Shown here in pieces: positions 19,921 through 28,671 of a stretch of DNA of 64,000 nt. Location: positions 1,920,001 to 1,984,000 of the forward strand of contig OZ220691.1 in assembly GCA_965116475.1 (NCBI GenBank), given 5' to 3'. This DNA is from Gemmatimonadota bacterium. Lineage in GTDB: Bacteria; Gemmatimonadota; Gemmatimonadetes; Palauibacterales; Palauibacteraceae. Within the stretch, counting starts at the first letter, position 1, and every line of letters starts with the position of its first letter. The position numbers and the translations under genes are program-made. The notes under the pieces were generated by a model that was not told the DNA's origin, ran no database searches, and saw only the letters and a list, made by a program, of their open reading frames with translations.

Positions 19921-20690
19921 CGGGCGCGCTCCTCCCGGCCGTGGCCGGCGTCCGTCGGCGGGTCGTTTCTGCCGACCCAGGTGCCCGTTCCGCCGGGAGC
20001 CGCCACCCTGAAGGCGACTCGGTGCCGCTCGGCGAAGCTCAGCGCCCGGTCCTGTACGACTCCGGCGCCCGTTCGCCGGGCCTCGCTCCACGTTGTCCGG
20101 CGGATCGGCCGGACGTCCGGGAACCGTTTCGGGTCCGCGGGAAAGATCCCGTCCACGTCCTTCACCAGGCGGACCTCCGCCGCGCCGAGCGCGTGTGCCA
20201 GGAAGAGCGCCGTGAGGTCCGAGCCTCCTCGCCCCAGCAGTGACGTGATGCCCGTGGCGTCGACGCCCACGAACCCGGGAAGGACGATGACGTCGTGGGT
20301 GGCCAGGGCCGTCTCGATCGCGTGGGCGTCCACGTCCACCGGCTCGGCGGCCCGCAGCGGCCCCTGCGTGCGAATCGGCAGGCGCGAAAACGACATTCCC
20401 GCCGCACGCACGCGCGCCGTCACGAGGGCGAGGTGCAGCAGAGCGACCGACGCTTCCTCGCCGGTCGCCAGGAGCGACCCGATGAGATCGTCCGGCGGCG
20501 AGGGGGCAACTTCGCGCGCGGCAGAAAGAAGATCGTCGGTGGTGTCCCCCATGGCGGACACGACGGCAACGACCTTCGCGCCCGCGGCGACTTCAGCCCG
20601 GATCTCCTCGACCGCCAAGCGGTACGCGGCCGGACGCGCCAGCACGGACGAACCGAATTTGAGTACGTGAACGCGGCGAACTTCGCGCAA
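19911..20690 (-). CDS. Aspartate kinase, catalytic domain only
   Basis: VLKFGSS, VVSAMGDTTD, LGRGGSDLTA, KDVDGIFPADP; GGAGG RBS 7 nt before TTG at 20690; no ACT domain. Confidence 0.8.
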   Translation of the reverse strand: MREVRRVHVLKFGSSVLARPAAYRLAVEEIRAEVAAGAKVVAVVSAMGDTTDDLLSAAREVAPSPPDDLIGSLLATGEEASVALLHLALVTARVRAAGMSFSRLPIRTQGPLRAAEPVDVDAHAIETALATHDVIVLPGFVGVDATGITSLLGRGGSDLTALFLAHALGAAEVRLVKDVDGIFPADPKRFPDVRPIRRTTWSEARRTGAGVVQDRALSFAERHRVAFRVAAPGGTGTWVGRNDPPTDAGHGREERARCA

Positions 20691-20787
20691 TGAAACGCCT
20701 CCCCCCGAGTCGCGGTTCACACTCAGCGGACTCCGGAGAAGCGACGCCCTGACAACAGCTGCCGCGTAAGCAAAGCGCGGCGGGCGA

Positions 20788-20900
20788 CTCATCTACCAAC
20801 GGATCACATCCGTCGCAGGAGTTGGCACATCAGTGGAAGAGCCACCTTCCACAGGTTGCCCCGGTGTCTTCGGGCCTGTCCCTCGACCGGTCTCGATGAG
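20788..20900 (-). ncRNA. SAM-I (S-box) riboswitch upstream of the aspartate kinase-asd-metY operon
   Basis: Minus strand reads CTCATCGAGA..GAGGGACAGGCCCGAAGA..GGCAACC..GTGCCAACTCCTGC..AGATGAG; P1 is CTCATC/GATGAG. Confidence 0.9.
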
Positions 20901-20914
20901 CGTTGAGGGCGCGG

Positions 20915-20995
20915 AGGCTACAGGGTCGTGAACCGCGCGTCAAGTTTTTTCTTGACGCGGTTTTTCTTGACGCGCGTGCCCGGAGCCGGCAGGTT
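20915..20995. promoter_or_regulatory. Divergent sigma70-type promoter pair
   Basis: Minus: TTGACG(20943-20938)-N17-TAGCCT(20920-20915); plus: TTGACG(20967-20972)-N17-CAGGTT. Confidence 0.6.
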
Positions 20996-21004
20996 CGGCC
21001 GCTG

Positions 21005-21125
21005 CTCATCGAGACCGGCTGAGGGACGGGCCCTTTGAAGCCGGGGCAACCGGGGCGCGCGTGGTTGCGCGCATGCCCAGCGGTGCCAACTCCTGCGGAC
21101 CCTGGAACGGGATCCGAGAGATGAG
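21005..21125 (+). ncRNA. SAM-I (S-box) riboswitch upstream of metX
   Basis: CTCATCGAGA..GAGGGACGGGCCCTTTGAAGCC..GGCAACC..GGTGCCAACTCCTGC..AGATGAG. Confidence 0.92.
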
Positions 21126-21205
21126 GGGCGCACCCGCACGGGTCGGTCGGCTGCTCCGGAGTTGGCGTCGCGAACCACGAACGCGAGCCAGGACGGAGAG
21201 ACAGC

Positions 21206-22342
21206 GTGAACGCCGTACTGCCGGAAGGTCGAAGGGGCACGGTCGCGATGCCGACCGGGTGGACTCCGGAACTGATGGCCGGGACCGACGCCCGCTTCAG
21301 GGTGCGCTACGAACTCGCCGGGCTCGAGGACGCCCCGCTGCTCGTCGCCATGGGGGGCATCTCCGCTGACCGCCACGTCTGCGCCAACCTCCTGGACCCC
21401 GCGCCCGGCTGGTGGAGGAAGCTGGCGGGCCCGGGCCTGGCCATCGACACAAATCGCTGGCGGCTGCTCGCGATCGACTTCCTCGGATCTCCCGGGACGT
21501 GCGAGTCCATGGAGGCCGGCGACCCTTCGACGGAGTCCGGCGACTCATCGAAGGGGTCTTCACCCGACCGGACTCATCTCACGCCCGGAGACCAGGCGGA
21601 CGCCGTAGCGGCCGCGCTGCGCCACCTCGGCGTCGAGCGGGCCCACCGCATGCTGGGCGCCTCGTACGGCGGGATGGTCGCGCTGGCGATGGGGATCCGC
21701 CATCCCGCGCGGCTCGGCGGCGTCGTCCTGATCGGCGCGGCGCACCGCGGCCATCCGCAGGGCATCGGAATACACGCGGTGCAACGCTGGATCGTCGAGT
21801 TCGCGCTCCGGCACGGCCGGGGGAGCGAAGGCGTGGCGCTCGCCAGAGCGCTGGCGTTCACGACCTACAAATCCGCGGCCGGGCTCGACGCGCGTTTCCC
21901 GCACGACTGGGAGTGGGAGGATGGCGCCCCGGTCTACGCCGTCGGCCGCTACCTCGAGAAACAGGGACGCGAGTTCGCGGCACGGTTCGAGGCGGAGACC
22001 TATCTGACGCTGTCCGCTTCGGTCGACCTGTGCGACCTGCGGCCGGAGGAACTCGGCGTCCCCGCCTGGCTCATCGGGTGGGAGGAGGACACGCTGGTGC
22101 CGCCGTGGCTGCTCCGGGAGACCGCAAGCCGGATCGGCGCGCCTTCCCACCTGCGGGTGCTGAACTCCGACGCCGGGCACGACGCCTTCCTGCTCCACGC
22201 CCCCGACTACGAGGCGGCCCTTCGGACCTCGCTCTCGGAGCTGCCGCAGGGTTTGCCACGAGCCGCCGGGGATGCGCACGCAGCCGGTCGACTCGCGGGT
22301 TCAGCCGGTTGGCGCCGCCGCGACGGGAAGCCGTACGCATGA
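21206..22342 (+). CDS. metX: Homoserine O-acyltransferase (MetX, alpha/beta hydrolase)
   Basis: MGGISA, GASYGGMV nucleophile, YLEKQG, GHDAFL; downstream of a SAM-I riboswitch. Confidence 0.85.
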   Translation: MNAVLPEGRRGTVAMPTGWTPELMAGTDARFRVRYELAGLEDAPLLVAMGGISADRHVCANLLDPAPGWWRKLAGPGLAIDTNRWRLLAIDFLGSPGTCESMEAGDPSTESGDSSKGSSPDRTHLTPGDQADAVAAALRHLGVERAHRMLGASYGGMVALAMGIRHPARLGGVVLIGAAHRGHPQGIGIHAVQRWIVEFALRHGRGSEGVALARALAFTTYKSAAGLDARFPHDWEWEDGAPVYAVGRYLEKQGREFAARFEAETYLTLSASVDLCDLRPEELGVPAWLIGWEEDTLVPPWLLRETASRIGAPSHLRVLNSDAGHDAFLLHAPDYEAALRTSLSELPQGLPRAAGDAHAAGRLAGSAGWRRRDGKPYA

Positions 22343-24025
22343 AGGATATGCGGCGGTGTGCAACACCGTGTTGCGCGCCGTTCGCATGCGGGTCCCGGTC
22401 CCGACGTCTTCCCCCGTGTTGAGGTTGCGGCTGAAGCGGGGGAAACAGCTGCTCGTGATCTGAAGCCTGATCCGGTGGCCGGCCCGGAACACGTGGCTCA
22501 TCGGGTAGAGCCGAACCCGGAACTCCGCCGCCTCGCCCGGCTCGAGCAGTTCCGTCCGGCTCAGCCCGCCGCGATACCGCGCGCGCAGGATCCCCTCCGT
22601 GAGAACGAATGATCCTCCCGCCGGATCGACGTTCGTCACGCGCGCCACGAAGTCCGTGTCCCGCGCCGACGACTCGGCGTAGAGCACCACCTCGACCGGC
22701 CCCGTGACCTCCAGATCATCCTCGAGGACGCGCGACGTGTAGACGAGCACGTCCGCCCGCCGCTCGAGCGGCGCCTGCTCGACGGGTCCGCCCCGCATGG
22801 GCGTCTCGGCGTGGGTCGTGATCAGCCGGGAGGAGAGGTTGCCCCCGAGCGACGGCGCCGGGTCGCGCGGGTCGTACTCGAAGCGATCCGGCGGCTCGTT
22901 CCCCGGCGGCTCCGGGTCGAGCCAGGCTTCGTCGCTCCAGTTCGCGCGCCCGCGGCTGCGCAGGTACCACGCCGCCTCCTCCGTCCCCGGTGGCGGCCAC
23001 TCCGCGCCCTCCCGCCACCGGTTGGCGCCCGTCGTGAACCAGCGCAGCGGCGGATCTTCGCCGATCCCGTCGTCCACGCCGCGAAGCTGCCAGTCGAACC
23101 AGCGCCGCTCCTCCTCCCGCACGTCCACCCAGGCGTCCGGCCCGAAGTCGAGGTCCCCGACTGTCCTCATCTCCGGAACTTCGTGCGACCAGGGCCCGAT
23201 GAGCGTCCGGTTCTGCGCGCGGGCGCGGGAAGTCCCGGCTCCCGCCGTCATCCCCTCGTGGAGGCGCAGCGCCGAGCCCGGATACGCGTCGTACCACCCG
23301 CCCTGCTGAAACGCGGGCGCCGTGACGCGGTGGTAGCGATCCGTGACCCTGAGACGCCGCCAGTACTCGTCCCGCGTCGGGTGCTCGAGCCATTCCCGCC
23401 AGTACGGGATCTTCCGCCCGATCGCGCGCTCGTCCATCTCGATGATGGGCAGATGGGCCCAGAACTTCGGGTTCTGAAACAGGCGCGCCGCCTGCCTGCC
23501 GGTCACGATCGCGAGGTTCGTCTCCCAGATCGCGGCCGCGCCGAGCGAGAGGAGCAACTGGAAGGCGCCCCCGAGGTAGTGGCAGTCGCCGAAATAGTCG
23601 TCGCAGATCACGTGCGGGGCCATGCAGGTGAGGTGCGGGCTTCCGAGCGGCGCGCTGAGCCACTGCGTGAGGCCGCCGTAGCTGCGCCCCCACATCCCGA
23701 TCTTCCCGTCGCACCACGCCTGCCCCGCGAGCCACTCCAGGGTGTCGTACCCATCCTCGATCTCGGGGTGATACGCGTGGAACACGCCCTCGGACCTGAA
23801 CCGGCCGCGGCAGTCCTGAACCACGAACGCGTACCCGCGCTCCGCCCACCAGACGCCGTTCTCGATGAACACGTCCCGCCCGCTCTCGTAGGGCGTCCGC
23901 GTCAGGATCGTGGGGAACGGACCTCCCGAAGCGGGCAGATAAACGTCCGCCGACAGCCGCACCCCATCCCGCATCCGCCCCCGCACCCCATGAAGCAACC
24001 GCACCTCCCGCAGGGCTTCGCGCAC
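22301..24025 (-). CDS. CocE/NonD family hydrolase (no signal peptide)
   Basis: MRDGVRLSADVY, RTPY, QDCRG, GRSYGG, GWYD, GPWSH, FPRFSRNLNTG. Confidence 0.9.
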   Translation of the reverse strand: MREALREVRLLHGVRGRMRDGVRLSADVYLPASGGPFPTILTRTPYESGRDVFIENGVWWAERGYAFVVQDCRGRFRSEGVFHAYHPEIEDGYDTLEWLAGQAWCDGKIGMWGRSYGGLTQWLSAPLGSPHLTCMAPHVICDDYFGDCHYLGGAFQLLLSLGAAAIWETNLAIVTGRQAARLFQNPKFWAHLPIIEMDERAIGRKIPYWREWLEHPTRDEYWRRLRVTDRYHRVTAPAFQQGGWYDAYPGSALRLHEGMTAGAGTSRARAQNRTLIGPWSHEVPEMRTVGDLDFGPDAWVDVREEERRWFDWQLRGVDDGIGEDPPLRWFTTGANRWREGAEWPPPGTEEAAWYLRSRGRANWSDEAWLDPEPPGNEPPDRFEYDPRDPAPSLGGNLSSRLITTHAETPMRGGPVEQAPLERRADVLVYTSRVLEDDLEVTGPVEVVLYAESSARDTDFVARVTNVDPAGGSFVLTEGILRARYRGGLSRTELLEPGEAAEFRVRLYPMSHVFRAGHRIRLQITSSCFPRFSRNLNTGEDVGTGTRMRTARNTVLHTAAYPSCVRLPVAAAPTG

Positions 24026-24026
24026 G

Positions 24027-24677
24027 CTAGGTCGGGATGGCGGCGAGGATCTCGGCGGGCTCGGCGCGCGCGGTGTAGTCGGGGTCGGCGGAGGCGTAGA
24101 CGATCGTGCCGTCGCGGTCGATGACGAAAGTGGCCGTGAGCGGGAGTTCCCAGGACTCGTCGCCGTTGAAGCGGGCGAGGTCGATCCCGAGCCCGTCGCG
24201 GTACAGGGTTCGCAGGTCGCCGTCGACGGTGAACGTCAGGCCGTAGTCGCGCGCCACGCCGAGCCCGAAGTCGAGCAGCACGTCGAACTCGATGCCGTCC
24301 TCCTCGATCCAGCCGCGGGCGAACTCCGGGAGCTGCGGGGACAGCGTGACGAGACGCGCCCCCTTCGCCCTTATCTCTGGAAGAACCGACTGAAGAGCAA
24401 CCTGCTCTTCGCGGCAGTAGGGTCACCAGCGGCCGCGGAAGAAGCTGAGCACGACGGGCCCCTGCTTGAGGAGCGTCGCGAGCCGGACCGTGGGGCCGGC
24501 CACGCTCGGGCGCGCGAAGAGCGGCGCCCGGTCGCCCACGCCGGGGATGCGGTCGAGGATGCCGGAACCTCGCAGCGTCTCCGTTCCCGCGGCCATGATG
24601 GCCGTCGCGGGCGGGGGGCGCGCCGCTTCCTTCTCCGCGCGGATCTCGGCGAGACGCCGGTTGAGCGGCCCGCTCAC
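24027..24677 (-). CDS. Peroxiredoxin-like (AhpC/TSA) selenoprotein; TGA at 24423-24425 read as Sec
   Basis: Continuous frame GPVVLSFFRGRW-TGA-PYCREEQVAL...ATFVIDRDGTIVYA; GTG start overlaps the upstream stop; SECIS-like hairpin follows. Confidence 0.85.
24392..24410 (-). promoter_or_regulatory. Bacterial SECIS-like hairpin GAAGAGCA-GGT-TGCTCTTC
   Basis: Perfect 8-bp stem with GGU loop starting 12 nt after the in-frame UGA. Confidence 0.8.
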
Positions 24678-26308
24678 GGCGTGCCGGCGCGGAGGCGCCG
24701 CTCCCAGAAGTCGAGCTGGACGGTGCGGAGGTCGCTTCCCGCCTCGACCGTGGGCCCCAGCACGAGATGCGCTTCGGAGTCGCGCGTGTAGGCTGGCCAC
24801 GGCGGCAGTCCGGGACCGTTCGGGTCGCCGTTCGCGGCGAAGTTGACCCAGTAGGAGGACATCGTCTGCGCCAGCTGGCGGTCCACCGCCTCCCGTTCGC
24901 CGGGACCGACGTTGCCGAAGGCATAGACGATCTCGGCCGCGTGGTACGACTTGAGATAGTCCTTCGCGGGTCCCGGCGGCTCGTGCGTGAAGTAGTAGAG
25001 CCAGGCAGGCGCGCCGGCGGCTTCCGACGCCCGCGCCCACGTCCGCATCTGGATGCCGAACAGGGCGTCGCCCCGGCTTCGCATGAAGGCGTCGAAGATC
25101 TCCCCCTCCTCCTCCACGGGATAGGCGGCCTCGAAGCTCTCCGCATCGTCGCCGACGCGGCCGGCCACCCACTCGCGCCACGCGTCGAGCGTCTCCGGCA
25201 CGGATCTCGGGGACGAGAGCGAGGTCATCTCATCCGCGTTGAACCCGACGAGCACCGGGACGTTGTTGTGCGTTCCTTCCGCGAACGCCGTCGTGATGTC
25301 CGTCGGCAACACCCAGCCGTCCACGTTCTCCGCCGTCCTGAAGCCGCGCCCGGCCGGCGTGTCGAGCCCGGCCATCACGCTGGCGGCGGAGAGCCTCCGC
25401 ATGTCCTCCAGCGTCTCGGCCCCGAGCGCCCCGAGGAACGCCGCGCCGATCTCCTCGGCGGAGCGTCCGCCCTCCGGCGCCTGAGAGAGACGCAGCATGG
25501 GACCGAACCGTCCCCCGCTCTGCCCGATGGCGCCGTGGAAGAGTCCCGCCGCCAGCGGCGTGGCCATCAGCGTGTTCACGCTCCACGAGCCGGCCGACTC
25601 GCCGAAGATCGTCACGCGGTCCGGGTCGCCGCCGAACGCCGCGATGTTGTCCCGTACCCACTCGAGCGCGGCGACCTGGTCGAGGACGCCGTAGTTGCCG
25701 GACGAGCTGTGTTCGGACTCGGCGGAAAGGAGCGGATGCGCGAGGTAGCCGAACGGTCCGAGCCGGTAGTTGATCGTGACGACGACGGCGCCCTTCTCCG
25801 CCAGCGCCGTCCCGTCGTAGATGCCGGTGGAACCGGACCCCCGCGTGAGCGCCCCCCCGTGGATCCACACCATGACCGGCCGCCGCTCCGAGGCGTCGGC
25901 GGCCCCGGTCCACACGTTCAGGTACAGGCAGTCCTCCGCCGTCGGGGCGGGGGGACCTCCGAAGAAGGAGCCGGTGCCGTACGGCGTCTGCATGCACTCC
26001 GGGCCGAAGCTGTGCGCGCGCAGCGTCCGCCGCCCCCACGCTTCGACGGGCTGGGGCGGCTTCCAGCGCCGGTCCCCCACGGGCGGAGCCGCGAACGGAA
26101 TCCCCTTGTAGGAGCGGATGCCGTCGACGAGGCCGCCGTCGACGTTCCCGCTGGCGGTCTCGACGCGGGTGTCCTGCGCCTGCAGCGGCGCCCCGAAGCC
26201 GCCCGCGGCCAGGGCGACGAGCAGGCCGCCGGCCAGTGTGCGGGCCAGTGTGCGGGCCAGTGTGCGGGCCAGTGTGCGGGCTGGATGCGTGCGGAGGTCA
26301 GGGCGCAT
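24674..26308 (-). CDS. Type-B carboxylesterase/lipase family protein, secreted
   Basis: GIPFAAPPVG, EDCLYLNVW, WIHGG, FGESAG, YWVNFA. Confidence 0.92.
   Translation of the reverse strand: MRPDLRTHPARTLARTLARTLARTLAGGLLVALAAGGFGAPLQAQDTRVETASGNVDGGLVDGIRSYKGIPFAAPPVGDRRWKPPQPVEAWGRRTLRAHSFGPECMQTPYGTGSFFGGPPAPTAEDCLYLNVWTGAADASERRPVMVWIHGGALTRGSGSTGIYDGTALAEKGAVVVTINYRLGPFGYLAHPLLSAESEHSSSGNYGVLDQVAALEWVRDNIAAFGGDPDRVTIFGESAGSWSVNTLMATPLAAGLFHGAIGQSGGRFGPMLRLSQAPEGGRSAEEIGAAFLGALGAETLEDMRRLSAASVMAGLDTPAGRGFRTAENVDGWVLPTDITTAFAEGTHNNVPVLVGFNADEMTSLSSPRSVPETLDAWREWVAGRVGDDAESFEAAYPVEEEGEIFDAFMRSRGDALFGIQMRTWARASEAAGAPAWLYYFTHEPPGPAKDYLKSYHAAEIVYAFGNVGPGEREAVDRQLAQTMSSYWVNFAANGDPNGPGLPPWPAYTRDSEAHLVLGPTVEAGSDLRTVQLDFWERRLRAGTP
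26231..26278. repeat. 12-bp tandem repeat (GGCCAGTGTGCG)x4 encoding (RTLA)4 in the signal-peptide region
   Basis: Four exact units read directly. Confidence 0.9.
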
Positions 26309-26322
26309 GCGAAGCTCCGGAG

Positions 26323-26664
26323 TCAGGAGGGAGGCGAGGGGCTGGCGGGGGGCGGCATCTCCCCGTCCCAGCGGAAGCGCTTGAGCGAGATGCGTCCCCA
26401 CTTGTCGAACTCCACCCCTTCGTTCGCCAGCAGCTGGTACTGGATCATCTCGGAGTACGAGTCTCCGCGCGGGCTGATCTCGCCGCGCGCGTTGATCACG
26501 CGGTGCCAGGGGAGCGGCCGGTCGGAAGCGTAGAGCGCGTAACCCACGAGCCGGGCCTGTCCGCCGAGGCCGGCGAGTTGCGCGACCTGCCCGTAGGTGG
26601 CGACGCGCCCGGCGGGAATCCGGGCGACGACGTTGCAGATGCGCTCGTGAAGGTCCGAAGCCAT
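26323..26664 (-). CDS. Alkyltransferase-like protein (ATL/YbaZ, MGMT family)
   Basis: IPAGRVATYGQVA, ARLVG, PWHRV with Trp in place of the catalytic Cys. Confidence 0.88.
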   Translation of the reverse strand: MASDLHERICNVVARIPAGRVATYGQVAQLAGLGGQARLVGYALYASDRPLPWHRVINARGEISPRGDSYSEMIQYQLLANEGVEFDKWGRISLKRFRWDGEMPPPASPSPPS

Positions 26665-26751
26665 GGTGGTCGTCACTCGCTCGGTGGCGGGGCGTGGTGT
26701 CATCTTCGAAGAAGATTCCTGAACGCGTGAATCTTGGGGGGGCGGCAACCG

Positions 26752-28671
26752 ATGGACAAATCCCGGCTCGGGCGCGGTCTCGTACTGGCGGTGGCGCTCG
26801 CCGCGTGTACCGGAGATGGAGGCGCGCCCCCGACCCCGGTCGCCGACGGCCAGGGCGCGGCGGGCGCGGGCGCCGCCCTCAATCGATTCGCGCCGGACCC
26901 GGCCAATCCTTACGAGGCCCCCGAGCCGGAGCACGAGGTGCGGGTCGAGACGGATCTCCTGGTCCCGATGCGGGACGGGATTCGCCTCGCGACGGATCTC
27001 TACCTGCCGGTCGAGCCCGCCGACCGGGGTGATCGCCTTCCCGTCGTCATGATCCGATTGCCGTACGACAAGGCATCCTATCGGGCCGGCGCGATCTCTC
27101 CGGCGCGGTTCTTCGCGGGACACGGATACGCCGTCGTCGTCCAGGACGTGCGCGGCAAATACGCGTCGGAAGGGGACTATCTCCTGTCCGCCGCGGACCG
27201 CGAGGACGGCTACGACGCCGTCGAGTGGGCCTCGACCCGGCCGTGGTCGAACGGGAAGGTCGGGACCTTCGGCTGCTCCTACCTGGGGGAGAACCAGACG
27301 CAACTGATGACGCAGCGCCACCCGGCGCACGCCGCCGCCATCCCTCTGGCGGCCGGCGGATCGGTCGGATCGGCCGGCGGGCGGTACGGCTACTTCGGCA
27401 TCTTCGAGGGGGGCGCCTTCGGGCTCTCCGCGAGTTTCGGCTGGTTCCGGGGCAACGGCCGGAAGCGGCCGGGGGGTGAGCCGCCGCCACCGGTCGAGAT
27501 GTTCGCCGCGCTGCGCGAGCTTCCCACCATCGACCTCATGCGGAAGTACGGTCCGCCCGACCGGGACACCGACTGGGAAGAGGTCATGAGCACGCCGCTC
27601 GCCGACGAATGGTGGGACGGACTCGGATACCTGAGCGACGCGGACCGGTTCGACACGCCGGCGCTCCACGTGAACTCGTGGTACGACCTCGGCGCCAACG
27701 AGACGCTCCAGCAGTGGCGGATGATGCGGGACAATGCGGTGAGCGACCGGGGCGGCGCGCACCAGTACGTCATCCTCTCTCCCACCAGCCATTGCATGTC
27801 CGAACGGGCCACGGAACACACGGTGGTCGGGGAGGTCGACTTCGGCGACGCCCGCCTCCCGTACCGTTCGCTCTACCTCGCCTGGTTCGACCACTGGCTG
27901 AAGGGCGTGGACAACGGGATCACCGACATCCCCCGGGTCCACTACTACGTGATGGGCCGGAACGAATGGGCCTCGGCCGACACGTGGCCGCCCCCCGGAG
28001 CCGAGGCGACCCGCTTCTATCTCCGCGGCGGAGGGCACGCGAACACGAGGCTCGGCGACGGCGTCCTCTCCGCCGAGCCCCCCGCGGACGAACCCCCGGA
28101 CCGGTTCGTCTACGATCCCGCGGACCCCGTCCCCTCCCGCGGCGGATCCGTCTGCTGCACCGGGAATCCCGACGACCAGCCGGGCGCGTTCGACCAGTCG
28201 GATATCGAGGAACGCGAGGACGTCCTCGTGTACACCGGCGATCCGGTCGGAGAGGACGGCCTCGAGATCGCGGGCCCGCTCGAGGCGCGCCTCTACGTGA
28301 GTTCGAGCGCCCCGGACACCGACTTCACCGTGAAGCTCCTCGATGTCCATCCCGACGGACGGGCCATCAACATCGTCGAGGGCATCATGAGGGCGCGCTA
28401 CCGGGACGGATACGAGGAACCCGCCATGATGGAGGCGGGGCAGGTCTATCCGGTCCGGGTGGATCTCCATTCGGTGGCACACCGGTTCGCGCCCGGCCAC
28501 CGCGTGCGCGTCGAGGTCTCGAGTTCCAACTTCCCCCGCTTCGACCGCAACCTGAACACGGGCGGCAACAACTATGACGAGACGGAGTGGGAGGTCGCGG
28601 AGAACATGATTCACCACGCCGGCGACCGGGCATCGCACATCGTCCTGCCCGTCATGGAGACGGACGGATGA
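26752..28671 (+). CDS. CocE/NonD family hydrolase lipoprotein
   Basis: Lipobox LAAC, MRDGIRLATDLY, QDVRG, GCSYLG, FPRFDRNLNTG. Confidence 0.9.
   Translation: MDKSRLGRGLVLAVALAACTGDGGAPPTPVADGQGAAGAGAALNRFAPDPANPYEAPEPEHEVRVETDLLVPMRDGIRLATDLYLPVEPADRGDRLPVVMIRLPYDKASYRAGAISPARFFAGHGYAVVVQDVRGKYASEGDYLLSAADREDGYDAVEWASTRPWSNGKVGTFGCSYLGENQTQLMTQRHPAHAAAIPLAAGGSVGSAGGRYGYFGIFEGGAFGLSASFGWFRGNGRKRPGGEPPPPVEMFAALRELPTIDLMRKYGPPDRDTDWEEVMSTPLADEWWDGLGYLSDADRFDTPALHVNSWYDLGANETLQQWRMMRDNAVSDRGGAHQYVILSPTSHCMSERATEHTVVGEVDFGDARLPYRSLYLAWFDHWLKGVDNGITDIPRVHYYVMGRNEWASADTWPPPGAEATRFYLRGGGHANTRLGDGVLSAEPPADEPPDRFVYDPADPVPSRGGSVCCTGNPDDQPGAFDQSDIEEREDVLVYTGDPVGEDGLEIAGPLEARLYVSSSAPDTDFTVKLLDVHPDGRAINIVEGIMRARYRDGYEEPAMMEAGQVYPVRVDLHSVAHRFAPGHRVRVEVSSSNFPRFDRNLNTGGNNYDETEWEVAENMIHHAGDRASHIVLPVMETDG

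Noticed and set aside
20693..20792. N-terminal extension of aspartate kinase from ATG 20792
   Set aside because: That ATG is part of the riboswitch P1 strand (AGATGAG); an SD-supported TTG exists at 20690
22301..22342. 42-bp convergent overlap of metX and the CocE gene as an antisense control
   Set aside because: Both tails are low-complexity extensions; such overlaps arise easily by stop-codon drift in GC-rich genomes
23941..24025. Cys/Gly-rich string CAKPCGRCGCFMGCGGGCGMGCGC resembling a metallothionein or RiPP core
   Set aside because: It is an alternative frame of the CocE N-terminus (REVRLLHGVRGRMRDGVRL) with no own start or RBS
24423..25181. 252-aa ORF in the track and the separate 84-aa ORF at 24027-24281
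   Set aside because: They are the two halves of one UGA-containing gene; the part above 24677 is an off-frame overlap with the carboxylesterase
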